A DNA stretch of 63,198 nucleotides, counting the filler, from an uncultured Methanosarcinales archaeon (lineage in GTDB: Archaea > Nanobdellota > Nanobdellia > Woesearchaeales > JACPBV01), in NCBI GenBank assembly GCA_964492935.1. It is 3 parts of 3 records of this genome, joined end to end, with 100 filler letters (N's around TTAATTAATTAA, not from the genome) between each part and the next. Parts side by side here need not be neighbours in the genome. Positions count along the whole stretch, not along the records: positions 1 to 25,336 come from CAZBLF010000016.1; 2 more parts are not named here. One strand, written 5' to 3'. This document shows, in pieces, positions 1-9,430 of the stretch; position 1 is the first letter of the stretch, and each line of letters begins with the position of its first letter. The notes under the pieces were generated by a model. The model saw nothing but the letters and a program-made list of their open reading frames with translations, was not told where the DNA came from and did not search any database. The translations under genes were made by a program, and so were the position numbers.

Positions 1-144
1 GCTTTACCGTCGATAAATTTAGTTTGGTTTTGAAGCTCTCATTATTTTCTTCTGACGGTGATTGGTTTTTTATTTTTTGAAAATGGAATTAATGGAATTG
101 TCTGCACCCCAAACCTTTTTATATTTCTAGCGTACTCAAAAGAG

Positions 145-657
145 ATGGTCGCACATCAAGGTCTTAATTTACCCGGACAACGCATGTTTGCGAGTCCTGC
201 TCTCTTATGGAAGCGGATGGCGGCTTTATTGTTGGATGGACTTGTTTTGAATTTCACTGTGTTGTTTCCATTTCGTAATGCGGTCCAGCGGACGTTGCCT
301 GCGTTTGAATCCATGAATGCGGCGTATAGCTATTTGATGACGCATCCTAGTATACAGGAGGCGTTGATGTTGTTGACGGTTGTGATGTCGTTGTTTGTGC
401 TTGCTTACTTTACGTTGATGGATTATCAGTTTAGTACGACGCCGGGTAAATCCTTATTGCGGATTGCGGTGTTAAGTGAAACTAAAAAGATGACGTTGTG
501 GCAGTCGCTGTTACGTAATATGTATGTGTTGCCTGTATTTCCCTTCTTTTTGTTGTGGATTATTGATCCTGCATGCTTATTATTCTCTCCTCATCGCCAG
601 CGTCTCTCGGAGATGTTGAGTAAAACACGAACGGTGGAATTCCATGCCCTCCAGTAA
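145..657 (+). CDS. RDD family membrane protein
   Basis: A-x-L-W-K-R-M-A-A-L-L-L-D N-terminal motif, TPGK-x-L-L-R-I-x-V, RN, and RQRLSEMLSKTRTV C-terminus. The ATG at 145 follows a TTTTTATAT box; the track start at 58 is probably too long. Confidence 0.85.
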   Translation: MVAHQGLNLPGQRMFASPALLWKRMAALLLDGLVLNFTVLFPFRNAVQRTLPAFESMNAAYSYLMTHPSIQEALMLLTVVMSLFVLAYFTLMDYQFSTTPGKSLLRIAVLSETKKMTLWQSLLRNMYVLPVFPFFLLWIIDPACLLFSPHRQRLSEMLSKTRTVEFHALQ

Positions 658-1576
658 GAAGGTGGTCGCTAGTAGAAGTCCCTTACGTTCGATGTTGTGG
701 ATTATTGTTTTTTTAACGTTAGGTAGTATGCTAGTTGCGAATTCGTTCTCGTTTTTGCAGGGCAGTCAGTTAAAGGAAGGTAATATTGCGGTGATTCCGG
801 TTAAAGGCATTATCTTGACGGATGACGCTAACTCGTTTTCTCAGGAGGTGACGCCCTCATCGGAGATTGTTTCCTTTATAGAAGATGCGGCTGCCGATGA
901 TTCGATTAAAGGCATCTTATTAGAGATTAATAGTCCAGGTGGTTCGGCGGTGGCTGCTGAAGAGGTTGCATATGCAATCGAACATGCTGGAAAACCTACC
1001 GTTTCATGGATTAGGGATATTGGAACGAGCGGGGCGTACTGGATTGCTTCGAGTACGGACCATATTGTTGCGAGTAGGATGTCGATTGTGGGCAGTATTG
1101 GTGTTACTGCTTCTTATTTGCAGTTTTCTGGGTTGTTATCGGACTATAATATTAGCTATCAGCGCCTGGTTGCTGGCAAATATAAGGATATTGGGAGTCC
1201 TTTGCGTTCTATGACTAGGGAGGAGCGTATTCTTTTGCAGCGGCAACTGGATATTGTGCATGGATTCTTTATTGATACGATTGCGGAGAATAGAAATTTA
1301 AGTCGGGTTTCGGTTGCTAAGATGGCTACCGGGATGTTTTATGTAGGTAGTGATGCTCATTCGAAAGGTTTAGTGGATACATTAGGTGGGAAAGCTGCGG
1401 CTATTACTTATTTAGAGAGTGAGATTGGGATGAATGGGACGTTACATGTGTATGCTCGCGATCGTTCATTTCTTGATTTGTTGTCTTCTGTATTCTCGGG
1501 GCAGTCGTTTTCGGTTGGACAGGGTATTGGAAGTGCGTTAGTTGAGAGAAATTCTGGTATAGACGTTAGGATTTAG
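644..1576 (+). CDS. sppA: Signal peptide peptidase SppA (S49, 36K type)
   Basis: N-terminal TM, INSPGGS, GTSGAYWIAS, GSIGV, GKYKD, GLVDTLG. Confidence 0.93.
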   Translation: MPSSKKVVASRSPLRSMLWIIVFLTLGSMLVANSFSFLQGSQLKEGNIAVIPVKGIILTDDANSFSQEVTPSSEIVSFIEDAAADDSIKGILLEINSPGGSAVAAEEVAYAIEHAGKPTVSWIRDIGTSGAYWIASSTDHIVASRMSIVGSIGVTASYLQFSGLLSDYNISYQRLVAGKYKDIGSPLRSMTREERILLQRQLDIVHGFFIDTIAENRNLSRVSVAKMATGMFYVGSDAHSKGLVDTLGGKAAAITYLESEIGMNGTLHVYARDRSFLDLLSSVFSGQSFSVGQGIGSALVERNSGIDVRI

Positions 1577-1595
1577 TTTGTTTGGGGTTGTTCTG

Positions 1596-2157
1596 GTGAC
1601 CTCCTCCCCGCACTTTAGTGCGGGGCTTCCTGTGGTTAAGCAAAAGCTACACCGTGGTGCTCCTCCTGATTCTCGATATAGTGAATCATCGAGTTCAGGT
1701 CATTGTACCCCACAGTCACTGAAAATCCTCCTGGACTCCAAAAATGTCCATTCGGGTATCGAAGCCTAAACTTCTCATTATTCCGAAAAATACAATATGA
1801 TGACCTTCCCTTGAGAAGCTGGAAGGCTTTAGAGTCAGTCATGTTGTGAGGCAAGGTCACGAGAGCATGTATATGCTCAGGAAGCACCTTGAGGTAGTGC
1901 ACCTTAATGCCATGCTCATGTGCTGCTTTTCTGATAGCAGCTTCCACAAGGTTTTTATTCTTAAGCTTCTGCATCATACAATAGCGGTACTTGGTGCACC
2001 ATTCAAGGTGCCAGAAGTTAAGGCCTAATTTGTGGCTGTAGTGCTTTGGTTTCGTGCTTATCATCTTTCGTCCTCCGCAAACGAAAGCTCACACTACTCT
2101 TGGTGGAGTAAATGAAAGCGCTGTTTCGTCCGCAGATTATTCTGCGGCGAAGCCGCA
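1596..2157 (-). mobile_element. IS200/IS605-family insertion sequence, tnpA only
   Basis: Y1 transposase ORF. Right-end hairpin CCCCGCAC-TAAA-GTGCGGGG (1606-1625) followed by AGGAGGTCAC on the minus strand. Left subterminal hairpins at 2130-2147 and 2144-2156. The left boundary is approximate. Confidence 0.8.
1636..2064 (-). CDS. tnpA: IS200/IS605 Y1 (HUH) transposase TnpA
   Basis: HLEWCTKYR, PEHIHAL (HUH), LKGRSS, FWSPG, catalytic YIENQ. Confidence 0.95.
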   Translation of the reverse strand: MISTKPKHYSHKLGLNFWHLEWCTKYRYCMMQKLKNKNLVEAAIRKAAHEHGIKVHYLKVLPEHIHALVTLPHNMTDSKAFQLLKGRSSYCIFRNNEKFRLRYPNGHFWSPGGFSVTVGYNDLNSMIHYIENQEEHHGVAFA

Positions 2158-2169
2158 ACAAAAAGTTTT

Positions 2170-2487
2170 CTAGAATAAACGCCCTAAAGGGCGGGGATTA
2201 AGACCCCAGTGCTCGCTACGCTCGCATACATAAAAGAAATCACTTCTGAGATCAAGCGACTTTCCATGTACGAGGACGGTTACTGTCTGACCAGTGATGC
2301 CTCCCCTCGATCTGGGCTCACTCGCTTTCTGCACCACGTACTGCGTAACGGGATCGAATCCTTTTGATTGGAATAATGCGTCTAAGGCTCCTCCTCCTTG
2401 TTGTACAGAACGCGTGACTGCCATTGGACTGTAGAACACGACTTGGCCTTCTTCAATGGAGACGTAATCTGAAGTAGCTTCGCTCAT
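2170..2487 (-). CDS. Hypothetical protein
   Basis: 105-aa ATG ORF with a TTTTTATA box ~22 nt upstream; no motif recognised. Confidence 0.5.
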   Translation of the reverse strand: MSEATSDYVSIEEGQVVFYSPMAVTRSVQQGGGALDALFQSKGFDPVTQYVVQKASEPRSRGGITGQTVTVLVHGKSLDLRSDFFYVCERSEHWGLNPRPLGRLF

Positions 2488-2635
2488 AGCTTTGGAATTT
2501 TATCTCTCTATAAAAATATTTGGCCCCCAAATCACAACCTTTCAAGACTTGCGTCTTGACAGTTGTGCTTTCTCAATCACAACCTTTAAATACTACCTTA
2601 TATAAAAAAAGATAAAGATATTTTAATTTATATAA

Positions 2636-2779
2636 ATGGCAAAAAAGATTATTTCGTTGAGCGTCGATGGGCGAGTGCATGCTGACTTCTCTAAGGAGTG
2701 TAGAGATAGGGGCTATGTTATTTCTAAATGGGTGGAGAACTTAATGCAGGCAGAGGTTGAAAAGTGGGAAAAGGAATAG
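2636..2779 (+). CDS. Small ribbon-helix-helix (CopG/Arc/MetJ-like) DNA-binding protein, not in the ORF track
   Basis: Hand translation: MAKKIISLSVDGRVHADFSKECRDRGYVISKWVENLMQAEVEKWEKE (47 aa). Alternating beta strand IISLSVD, helix, G-x-x-x-S turn, second helix. Overlaps the protease start. Confidence 0.7.
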   Translation: MAKKIISLSVDGRVHADFSKECRDRGYVISKWVENLMQAEVEKWEKE

Positions 2780-5700
2780 TTGCAATGTTGATTTTGTTGA
2801 TGCTGCCACTAGCTTTTGCGGGTTCGGTTGATAGCGAGGTTATGGATGCGCTTGAGGGGAAAGAACGAGTCAAGGTTATTGTGATGTTGAAGGATGCGCC
2901 GGTTGATACCTCTGTAGATACTGTTGGGGAGAGGTCAGAGGAACAGCAGGAGATGATTTCGGAGCAGCAGTGGGAGGTTTTGGATGCTTTTGGGTCTGGG
3001 GAATCGAGCATCTTTTCGGGGGAGCCGGACTTTATTCTTGATCACAAATATTCTAGTATTAATGCGCTGTCGGGAAGTGTGACGGCAGAGGGATTGGAAA
3101 CGTTAAAGGCGCAGGAGGAGGTTGCGTCGATTGTGTTGGAGGAAATTTATACGATTTCGCTGGATGGAAGTGTGCCACAGATAGGGGTGCCAGAGGTTCG
3201 CGGGGTGCGACCGGGAGGAATCAATTTGACCGGTATTAATCAGACGGTGTGTGTTATTGATACGGGTATTGATTATACGCATGCTAATTTGGGTAATTGT
3301 AGTACGGAGAATTTGACTAATGGTGCATGCGGTAAAGTATTAGCGGGACATGATTTTTGTGCGGATGATACTTCATGTGCGACCACGGATACCGATCCTA
3401 TCGATGTGCATGGGCACGGGACGCACGTTTCAGGGATTGTTGCGAGTAATCATTCTACCTATACTGGTGTTGCACCCGATGCTAGACTCATTGCACTGAA
3501 AGTGTGTAATAGTTCGGGCAGCTGTCCGAATTCAGATATTATTGCTGCATTAGATTGGTGTGTTACGAATAAGACGCTCTTCAATATTAGTGTTGTGACG
3601 ATGAGTTTGGGAGGAGGATTATTATCCAGTTCTTGTGATACTAATGCTGTTGCGAATGCATCGAACATTGCGGCTGGCGCAGGGATGTTTGTTACTGCTG
3701 CAACCGGGAATGATGACGCTACAAGTCAAATTGCTGCACCTGCGTGTGGTTCTAATGTAACGGCAGTTGGAAGTGTAACGAGTACCGACGCTATTGCTAG
3801 TAATTCAAACCGGGCGACGTTTGATACGATATTTGCTCCCGGAGATTCCATTACCTCACTACAAGTAGGTACCGATGGCACTTCCTCGCAATCGGGTACC
3901 TCAATGGCAACCCCTCATGTGGCGGGGGTTGCCGCCCTTCTCCTACAGTTCAATAGCTCCTTGACGGGGGCGGATATTAAATGGATTTTAAACGCGACGG
4001 GGAAACCGATTACGGATGGATCGAATACGTACTATCGGGTTAATGCGTCTGCGGCGTTGTACCATATTGATAGTTTGTCACCGGTGTTTTCATTTAATGG
4101 GTCGAATGCTACCTCTGTGAAATTCAATTATTCGGTGTTGTTCAATATGACGTTTAATGATACGGTGAATTTGAATTCATATACGTTTTCGTGGAATGAT
4201 TCGGGGTCGTGGGTTAATGCGTCAAATGGTACGTTTCGTGGTCAGAATCAGGTGATTAAACTTGCTAAGAATATTACTGCTACGCGTGGGGATGTTGTTG
4301 GGTGGAAGTTTCATGTAAATGATTCTGGGAGTAACAAGAATGTGACGATTGAAAGGATTTTTACGGTGCTGAATACGGCGCCGGTTGTTTCTGGGGGAGA
4401 TCTCAATGATAGTTCTTTGCTGGCTTCTGAGGATATCTCGGTTAATGCGACGTATACGGATGTGGATTCGGATGTGGGTAATGTGTCGTTCTTCTGGTTT
4501 AGAAATGGGACTGGGATTTATAACGAGACGTTTACCAGTATTGCGAGCGGGACGGTCATTTATTCCAATCTTTCTGCATCGAATTACAGTGTTGCGGATG
4601 TGATTAATGTGACTATTAATGCTTCAGATGCTACAGATTCATCATCTGTTCTTGCTAGTAGTCAGTTGACGGTTGTTAATTTGCTTGCGAATGCTACGTT
4701 GCAGCGTCCTGCTAATAGTTCGGTGTTAAGGATTAACAATACGTTGTTGAATTGGACGGCTATTGATGGAGATAACGATACGATGAACTGTTATGTGTAT
4801 GGTGATAATACGAGCAATCCAACTAATAGAATTAATTTTACTGGCAGTATTGTTAATGGAAGTAGCGTGACGTATAACTGGACGGATTTGAATGAGTCTA
4901 CCTACTATTGGAAGGTGCAATGTGATGATGGGGTGGCTAATGGAAGTAACTCGTCGATCTTTCAGTTTACGATAGCGATACCGCCGACTACTAGTGTTTC
5001 ATTAAACTCGGTCACGGATTATGATTCGGATGGAAATATTGAGATTAATTGGTCGGATGATGGGAATGAAACCAATGAACAGTATCGGATCTATCGTTTT
5101 AGTTCTCCTATTTTTTCTGTTAATAGCTCGGTGACGAATATTACGACTGGAGTGGTAGCAGGTACTCAATTTTATGAGGATGTTCTTACAGACAATGGAA
5201 CTACGTACTGGTATGCTGTGGTGACGGTGGACGATGCGGGCAATTATAACGATAGCGTTGTGTCAACAAGTTTGAATGGGAATGCTACTGATAGTATTAG
5301 GCCTGCAATGAGTACGTTGACGAATGTTACTTCGAGTAGCGGTGTTACGACGTTGAATTGGACGAATACTACTCTGGATATTGATGGCAATACGGATAAT
5401 TTTAGTTTGCGGTTTAAGATTTGGAATAAGGTAACGGCTGAGGCGAATTTTACGGCCCTGCATGTGAATGAAACTGCTAGCTTGGTGAAGACGGTGACGT
5501 ATGCGAGTGCGTGTAAGGATGGCTATTGTACGACGACTCATGATCTCAGTGATACTTCCTCCTATACGTATTATGTTACGACGATTGATGATGGTAATAA
5601 TGAGAATGTTACCTTGCAGCTTGGAGGTAGCGCAAATGCATTCAATATGACTGCCACAAAAGTGCCTAGCTCTTCGAGCAGCACTAGCTCCGGCGGTGGA

Positions 5701-6345
5701 GGTGGAAGTAGTGGTGGCGGTAGTGGTGGCGGTGCTGCTAAATCTGGGTTCACGTATGACTATACTGATAATAGTGACTTGAATGCGGGTGCGGCGACAA
5801 CGGTATCACCTACGCAGGGGTCTGGCTACAAATTCAAGGTTGCTGGAGCAGATCATACGCTTACGGTTTCGAAGTTGTATGAGGATCGAGTGGTGGTGGT
5901 GATTCAATCCGACCCTATCTCGGCAGTCTTTAAACCGGGTGAGGAGAAGGAATTTGATATTGATGAGGATACGGTGTTGGATCTGTATGTGAAATTGGAG
6001 AGTATTACTGGGGGAACCGCTCAGATTACGATGCGGAAGTTAAACTTGGCAGATGCGCCGATTGTTGTAGAGGAAGAGGTACAGGATGTGAGTGAGACAC
6101 TTGAATCGTTCCTTGAGGAGGATGTGCCGGAGGAGATTCAGGAAGAGAATAATCAGTTTTGGAAGTCAATTGTGGGGGCATTGATTGCTTTGTTGGTATT
6201 GGTGATTTTGTTGATCTTTAGGTTTAGGCCGAAGCATCATCATAACCATGAATCTCATTCGATCCATCACCATACTACTGAAATTTCTGAGGGGCATGCG
6301 TTGCGCGAACATTTTCATCATAAGGATCATCACAAAAAGCGCTGA
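2764..6345 (+). CDS. Large membrane-anchored S8 subtilisin-like serine protease
   Basis: Signal peptide and propeptide. Triad in VIDTG, HGHGTHVSG and GTSMATPHVAG. Beta-rich Ig/FN3-like region with many N-x-S/T sequons, Ser/Gly linker, C-terminal TM and His-rich tail. Confidence 0.93.
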   Translation: MGKGIVAMLILLMLPLAFAGSVDSEVMDALEGKERVKVIVMLKDAPVDTSVDTVGERSEEQQEMISEQQWEVLDAFGSGESSIFSGEPDFILDHKYSSINALSGSVTAEGLETLKAQEEVASIVLEEIYTISLDGSVPQIGVPEVRGVRPGGINLTGINQTVCVIDTGIDYTHANLGNCSTENLTNGACGKVLAGHDFCADDTSCATTDTDPIDVHGHGTHVSGIVASNHSTYTGVAPDARLIALKVCNSSGSCPNSDIIAALDWCVTNKTLFNISVVTMSLGGGLLSSSCDTNAVANASNIAAGAGMFVTAATGNDDATSQIAAPACGSNVTAVGSVTSTDAIASNSNRATFDTIFAPGDSITSLQVGTDGTSSQSGTSMATPHVAGVAALLLQFNSSLTGADIKWILNATGKPITDGSNTYYRVNASAALYHIDSLSPVFSFNGSNATSVKFNYSVLFNMTFNDTVNLNSYTFSWNDSGSWVNASNGTFRGQNQVIKLAKNITATRGDVVGWKFHVNDSGSNKNVTIERIFTVLNTAPVVSGGDLNDSSLLASEDISVNATYTDVDSDVGNVSFFWFRNGTGIYNETFTSIASGTVIYSNLSASNYSVADVINVTINASDATDSSSVLASSQLTVVNLLANATLQRPANSSVLRINNTLLNWTAIDGDNDTMNCYVYGDNTSNPTNRINFTGSIVNGSSVTYNWTDLNESTYYWKVQCDDGVANGSNSSIFQFTIAIPPTTSVSLNSVTDYDSDGNIEINWSDDGNETNEQYRIYRFSSPIFSVNSSVTNITTGVVAGTQFYEDVLTDNGTTYWYAVVTVDDAGNYNDSVVSTSLNGNATDSIRPAMSTLTNVTSSSGVTTLNWTNTTLDIDGNTDNFSLRFKIWNKVTAEANFTALHVNETASLVKTVTYASACKDGYCTTTHDLSDTSSYTYYVTTIDDGNNENVTLQLGGSANAFNMTATKVPSSSSSTSSGGGGGSSGGGSGGGAAKSGFTYDYTDNSDLNAGAATTVSPTQGSGYKFKVAGADHTLTVSKLYEDRVVVVIQSDPISAVFKPGEEKEFDIDEDTVLDLYVKLESITGGTAQITMRKLNLADAPIVVEEEVQDVSETLESFLEEDVPEEIQEENNQFWKSIVGALIALLVLVILLIFRFRPKHHHNHESHSIHHHTTEISEGHALREHFHHKDHHKKR

Positions 6346-6386
6346 TTAAGCGATAGGTTTTTTAATGAGGCTGGGATTTCTAGATT

Positions 6387-8141
6387 ATGGATGCTGCGAC
6401 GCTCAAGAAAAAATACCTTGATTTTTTTAAGGAGAAACAACACGCTGTTCTTAGCTCGAGCTCTTTGATTCCGGAACATGATCCTACTGTGTTATTTACG
6501 ACTGCGGGGATGCATCCTTTAGTTCCCTTCTTGATGGGGCAGCCGCATCCGCAGGGTAAGCGAGTTGCAGATGTGCAGAAATGTATTCGTACTGGTGATA
6601 TTGATGAGGTAGGAGATCCACATCACCTTACGTTTTTTGAGATGCTTGGTAATTGGAGTTTTGGTGACTATTTTAAGAAGGAAGCAATTGAATGGTCGTT
6701 TGAGTTTTTGACTTCTAAGAAATGGTTAGGGTTTGATGTTTCTCAATTACATATTACGTGTTTTGCCGGAGATGAGGATGCTCCTAAAGATGAGGAGGCT
6801 GCTTCTGTTTGGGAATCTCTAGGTATTTCTGAAGATAGAATTTACTTTTTGCCGAAAGAGGATAACTGGTGGGGCCCTGCTGGTACTACGGGTCCGTGTG
6901 GTCCGTGTACGGAGATGTTCATTGATACCGGTGTAGATGCGTGTGGTCATGATTGTGATCCGTCGTGTTCTTGTGGTAAGTACTTTGAGATTTGGAACGA
7001 TGTGTTTATGGAGTACAATAAGCAGGAAGATGGTAGTTTTGTTCCACTTTCTCAGAAAAACGTAGATACGGGGATGGGTGTTGAACGAACGGTTGCTATG
7101 TTGCTGGGAAAGAAAACGGTGTATGAGACTGATGCGTTTATTCCGATCTTAGATGCGATTAGTGCTCGAGCTTCAAAGAGTGATGATAAGAGTCTTCGTG
7201 TTATTGCAGATCATATTCGTGCTTCGGTCTTTATCTTAGGAGATGAACACGGTGTTGTGCCGTCGAATGTGGATCAGGGTTATATTTTGAGGCGTTTCAT
7301 TCGTCGTGCGGTTCGTCATGGGCGGAAGATGGGGATTGTGGATGCTTTTTGTGCTGAGATTGGTAAGGTGATTATTGACGTGAATGCTAAAGCGTGGCCA
7401 GAATTGAAGAAAAACGCGAAGCATATTCTTGCTGAACTTGCTAAAGAGGAAGAGACGTTTGCAAGTACTCTCGAGAAGGGAATCCGGAAATTTGAGCAGA
7501 TGACTTCGGATGGCAAGATTGATAGTACGGAGGCGTTTCTTTTGTTTCAATCGTATGGGTTTCCTATTGAGATGACTGAAGAATTAGCAGCGGAGAAAGA
7601 TATTACGGTAGACGTTGCTGGATTCTACAAGGAATTTGAACAGCATCAGGAGACGAGTCGGGCTGGAGCTGAGAAGCGGTTTAAGGGCGGGTTGGGTGAT
7701 CATTCTGAGGAGACTAGAAAATTACACACGGCTACTCATATGTTGAATGAGGCTCTCAAACAAGTTTTGGGTACAAGGGATATTCACCAGAAGGGTTCTA
7801 ATATTACTCCCGATAGACTGCGCTATGATTTTAACTTTGATCGGAAATTAACTCCTGAAGAGAAGGCTAAGATTGAAGATTTAGTAAATGCTAAGATTAA
7901 GGAAGGCTTAGCCGTTAGTTTTGAGGAGATGACGGTTGAGGAGGCTCAGGAGACTGGTGCCGAGGGTGCATTTGCGCACAAGTATGGGGAGAAGGTGTTT
8001 GTGTATTCGATCGGTGACTTTTCTAAAGAAATCTGTGGCGGCCCGCATGTGGATTCGACTTCGGATTTAGGTACGTTTAAGATTAAGAAGGAAGAATCGG
8101 TTGCGGCTGGTGTTAGACGGATTAAGGCTGTTTTGGTTTAG
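6387..8141 (+). CDS. alaS: Alanine--tRNA ligase, short form lacking the C-Ala domain
   Basis: LFTTAGM, QKCIRTGD, HLTFFEMLGNWSFGDYFK, DTGMGVER, editing motifs HTATH and CGGPH; ends at AGVRRIKAV. Confidence 0.96.
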   Translation: MDAATLKKKYLDFFKEKQHAVLSSSSLIPEHDPTVLFTTAGMHPLVPFLMGQPHPQGKRVADVQKCIRTGDIDEVGDPHHLTFFEMLGNWSFGDYFKKEAIEWSFEFLTSKKWLGFDVSQLHITCFAGDEDAPKDEEAASVWESLGISEDRIYFLPKEDNWWGPAGTTGPCGPCTEMFIDTGVDACGHDCDPSCSCGKYFEIWNDVFMEYNKQEDGSFVPLSQKNVDTGMGVERTVAMLLGKKTVYETDAFIPILDAISARASKSDDKSLRVIADHIRASVFILGDEHGVVPSNVDQGYILRRFIRRAVRHGRKMGIVDAFCAEIGKVIIDVNAKAWPELKKNAKHILAELAKEEETFASTLEKGIRKFEQMTSDGKIDSTEAFLLFQSYGFPIEMTEELAAEKDITVDVAGFYKEFEQHQETSRAGAEKRFKGGLGDHSEETRKLHTATHMLNEALKQVLGTRDIHQKGSNITPDRLRYDFNFDRKLTPEEKAKIEDLVNAKIKEGLAVSFEEMTVEEAQETGAEGAFAHKYGEKVFVYSIGDFSKEICGGPHVDSTSDLGTFKIKKEESVAAGVRRIKAVLV

Positions 8142-8148
8142 ATTTTGT

Positions 8149-8262
8149 TCATCTTAATACTAATAGAACTGCCATTACAGCTGTAACCAGTATAGCACCC
8201 AGACTGATGGTAATGATGAAGGTTTCCAGGATTCGCTCCTGATGAGCGTTTTTCCTGATCAT
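8149..8262 (-). CDS. Putative 37-aa single-TM microprotein, not in the ORF track
   Basis: Hand translation MIRKNAHQERILETFIITISLGAILVTAVMAVLLVLR; TATAAATA ~22 nt upstream on the minus strand. Confidence 0.35.
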   Translation of the reverse strand: MIRKNAHQERILETFIITISLGAILVTAVMAVLLVLR

Positions 8263-8306
8263 AGAAAGTGGTAATGAAGTAATCTATTTATAGTTTACGC
8301 GAAATA

Positions 8307-8900
8307 TTAGTGTTTGTAACGTCCGCGCATTTCTACGGTTTCTAATCGTTTGAGAATTGCTTTTGCGTCTGTTGCGTGTTTCTTGTAGGTAGTTAGGAAT
8401 GCTTTGTAGGCTTGTTCTGCTATCTTATGGTGTCTTGATTCTAGTGCTTCTTTTACTAAATGGATATCTACGGCTTTGTCTTCTACTTTGTGGGAGAAGA
8501 AGCTGAGGCCGAAGTCGATGAAATAGAGTTCTTTGTTGTAGATCATGTTGCTCGTGGTTAAATCGCCGTGAATGATGTTGTTGTTGTGGAGGATTGCTAG
8601 TTTTTTCCCGATTTCTTTTGTTAGTTTTGCGTAGTTCGTTTTGTTGAGGACGTCTCTTACTTGCTTTCCTTTCAGAAATTGCATCTCTATTGTCTGCTTT
8701 TGGTCGTCTTCAATTACTTGAGGGCAGGGGAATTTCAATTCTGTGAGTTTTTTGAGGACTTTTGCTTCTCTTTTTGTTCTTGATTTTCTCAGTTTGTTGT
8801 CGATTTGCTCTATTCTATATGTTTTTGGAAATCTGTCTTTTACTATAGAAGATGCTTTCTTGTAGATCTTGGCTTCTGCGCCCTGGGCGATGAGTTTCAT
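8307..8900 (-). CDS. bud32: KEOPS complex kinase Bud32
   Basis: QGAEA, RTKREAK, HGDLTTSN, IDFGL, EDKAVD, C-terminal RGRY. Confidence 0.93.
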   Translation of the reverse strand: MKLIAQGAEAKIYKKASSIVKDRFPKTYRIEQIDNKLRKSRTKREAKVLKKLTELKFPCPQVIEDDQKQTIEMQFLKGKQVRDVLNKTNYAKLTKEIGKKLAILHNNNIIHGDLTTSNMIYNKELYFIDFGLSFFSHKVEDKAVDIHLVKEALESRHHKIAEQAYKAFLTTYKKHATDAKAILKRLETVEMRGRYKH

Positions 8901-8941
8901 AGTAGGTTAGATTTGTTTTAGCTTTAAAAGTGTTTGTAGAA

Positions 8942-9259
8942 TTAACAGGCGACTTCGCAGGCCCTCAAGAGAGCAATACAGCCATCGATGTAGTCGGATC
9001 CGGCTTCAAAGCATTCTGCTGCTATGGGTCCAGAACTTTCGCAGGTGTTGAAGATTCGGTCTGAAGTGTCTAGGCATTGGTTGAGATCAATAGTGCAGGC
9101 GTCGGAACATGAGGTGTCGACTTCTATTGCTACTTGTGCTGCTCTGCCGGCTGGTTCGAATGAAATAGGATCGTTGTTGATGATACCTAGGAATCCAATG
9201 ACTGCGATTGCTAAAAATGCTACTGAGAATGCGTGAATTGCTTTGCTTGGCTTGTCCAT
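8942..9259 (-). CDS. Small membrane-anchored Cys-rich hypothetical protein
   Basis: Starts MDKPSKA; N-terminal TM, then 8 Cys. The upstream extension in the track runs into the tRNA and is spurious. Confidence 0.6.
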   Translation of the reverse strand: MDKPSKAIHAFSVAFLAIAVIGFLGIINNDPISFEPAGRAAQVAIEVDTSCSDACTIDLNQCLDTSDRIFNTCESSGPIAAECFEAGSDYIDGCIALLRACEVAC

Positions 9260-9334
9260 AGTATTTAACTGGAGTTTGTAGTATATAAATTTTTGTTTTT
9301 TGGGAAGGGAATATGGCGACTGAAGAAAAAGAAA

Positions 9335-9430
9335 TAGCCCCGGGCAGACTCGAACTGCCGTCCCGTGATCCAAAGTCACGGATGACTAGTCTCCTTGTTG
9401 CCAAGAATTTGACCACTACACTACGGGGCT
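9335..9430 (-). tRNA. tRNA-Gln(UUG) with a 23-nt intron in the D-arm (intron 9386-9408)
   Basis: Minus strand AGCCCCG-TA-GTGTAGTGGTCAA[ATTCTTGGCAACAAGGAGACTAG]TCAT-C-CGTGA-CTTTGGA-TCACG-GGAC-GGCAG-TTCGAGT-CTGCC-CGGGGCT-A. A1-U72 acceptor stem as in archaeal tRNA-Gln; CCA not encoded. Confidence 0.92.

Noticed and set aside
5670..5740. GGT/GGC/AGT-rich low-complexity run
   Set aside because: It encodes the ordinary Ser/Gly linker of the surface protease.
9260..9416. Track ORFs 9087-9416 and the 5' extension of 8942-9379
   Set aside because: They run through the tRNA gene; the real start is probably the ATG at 9259.
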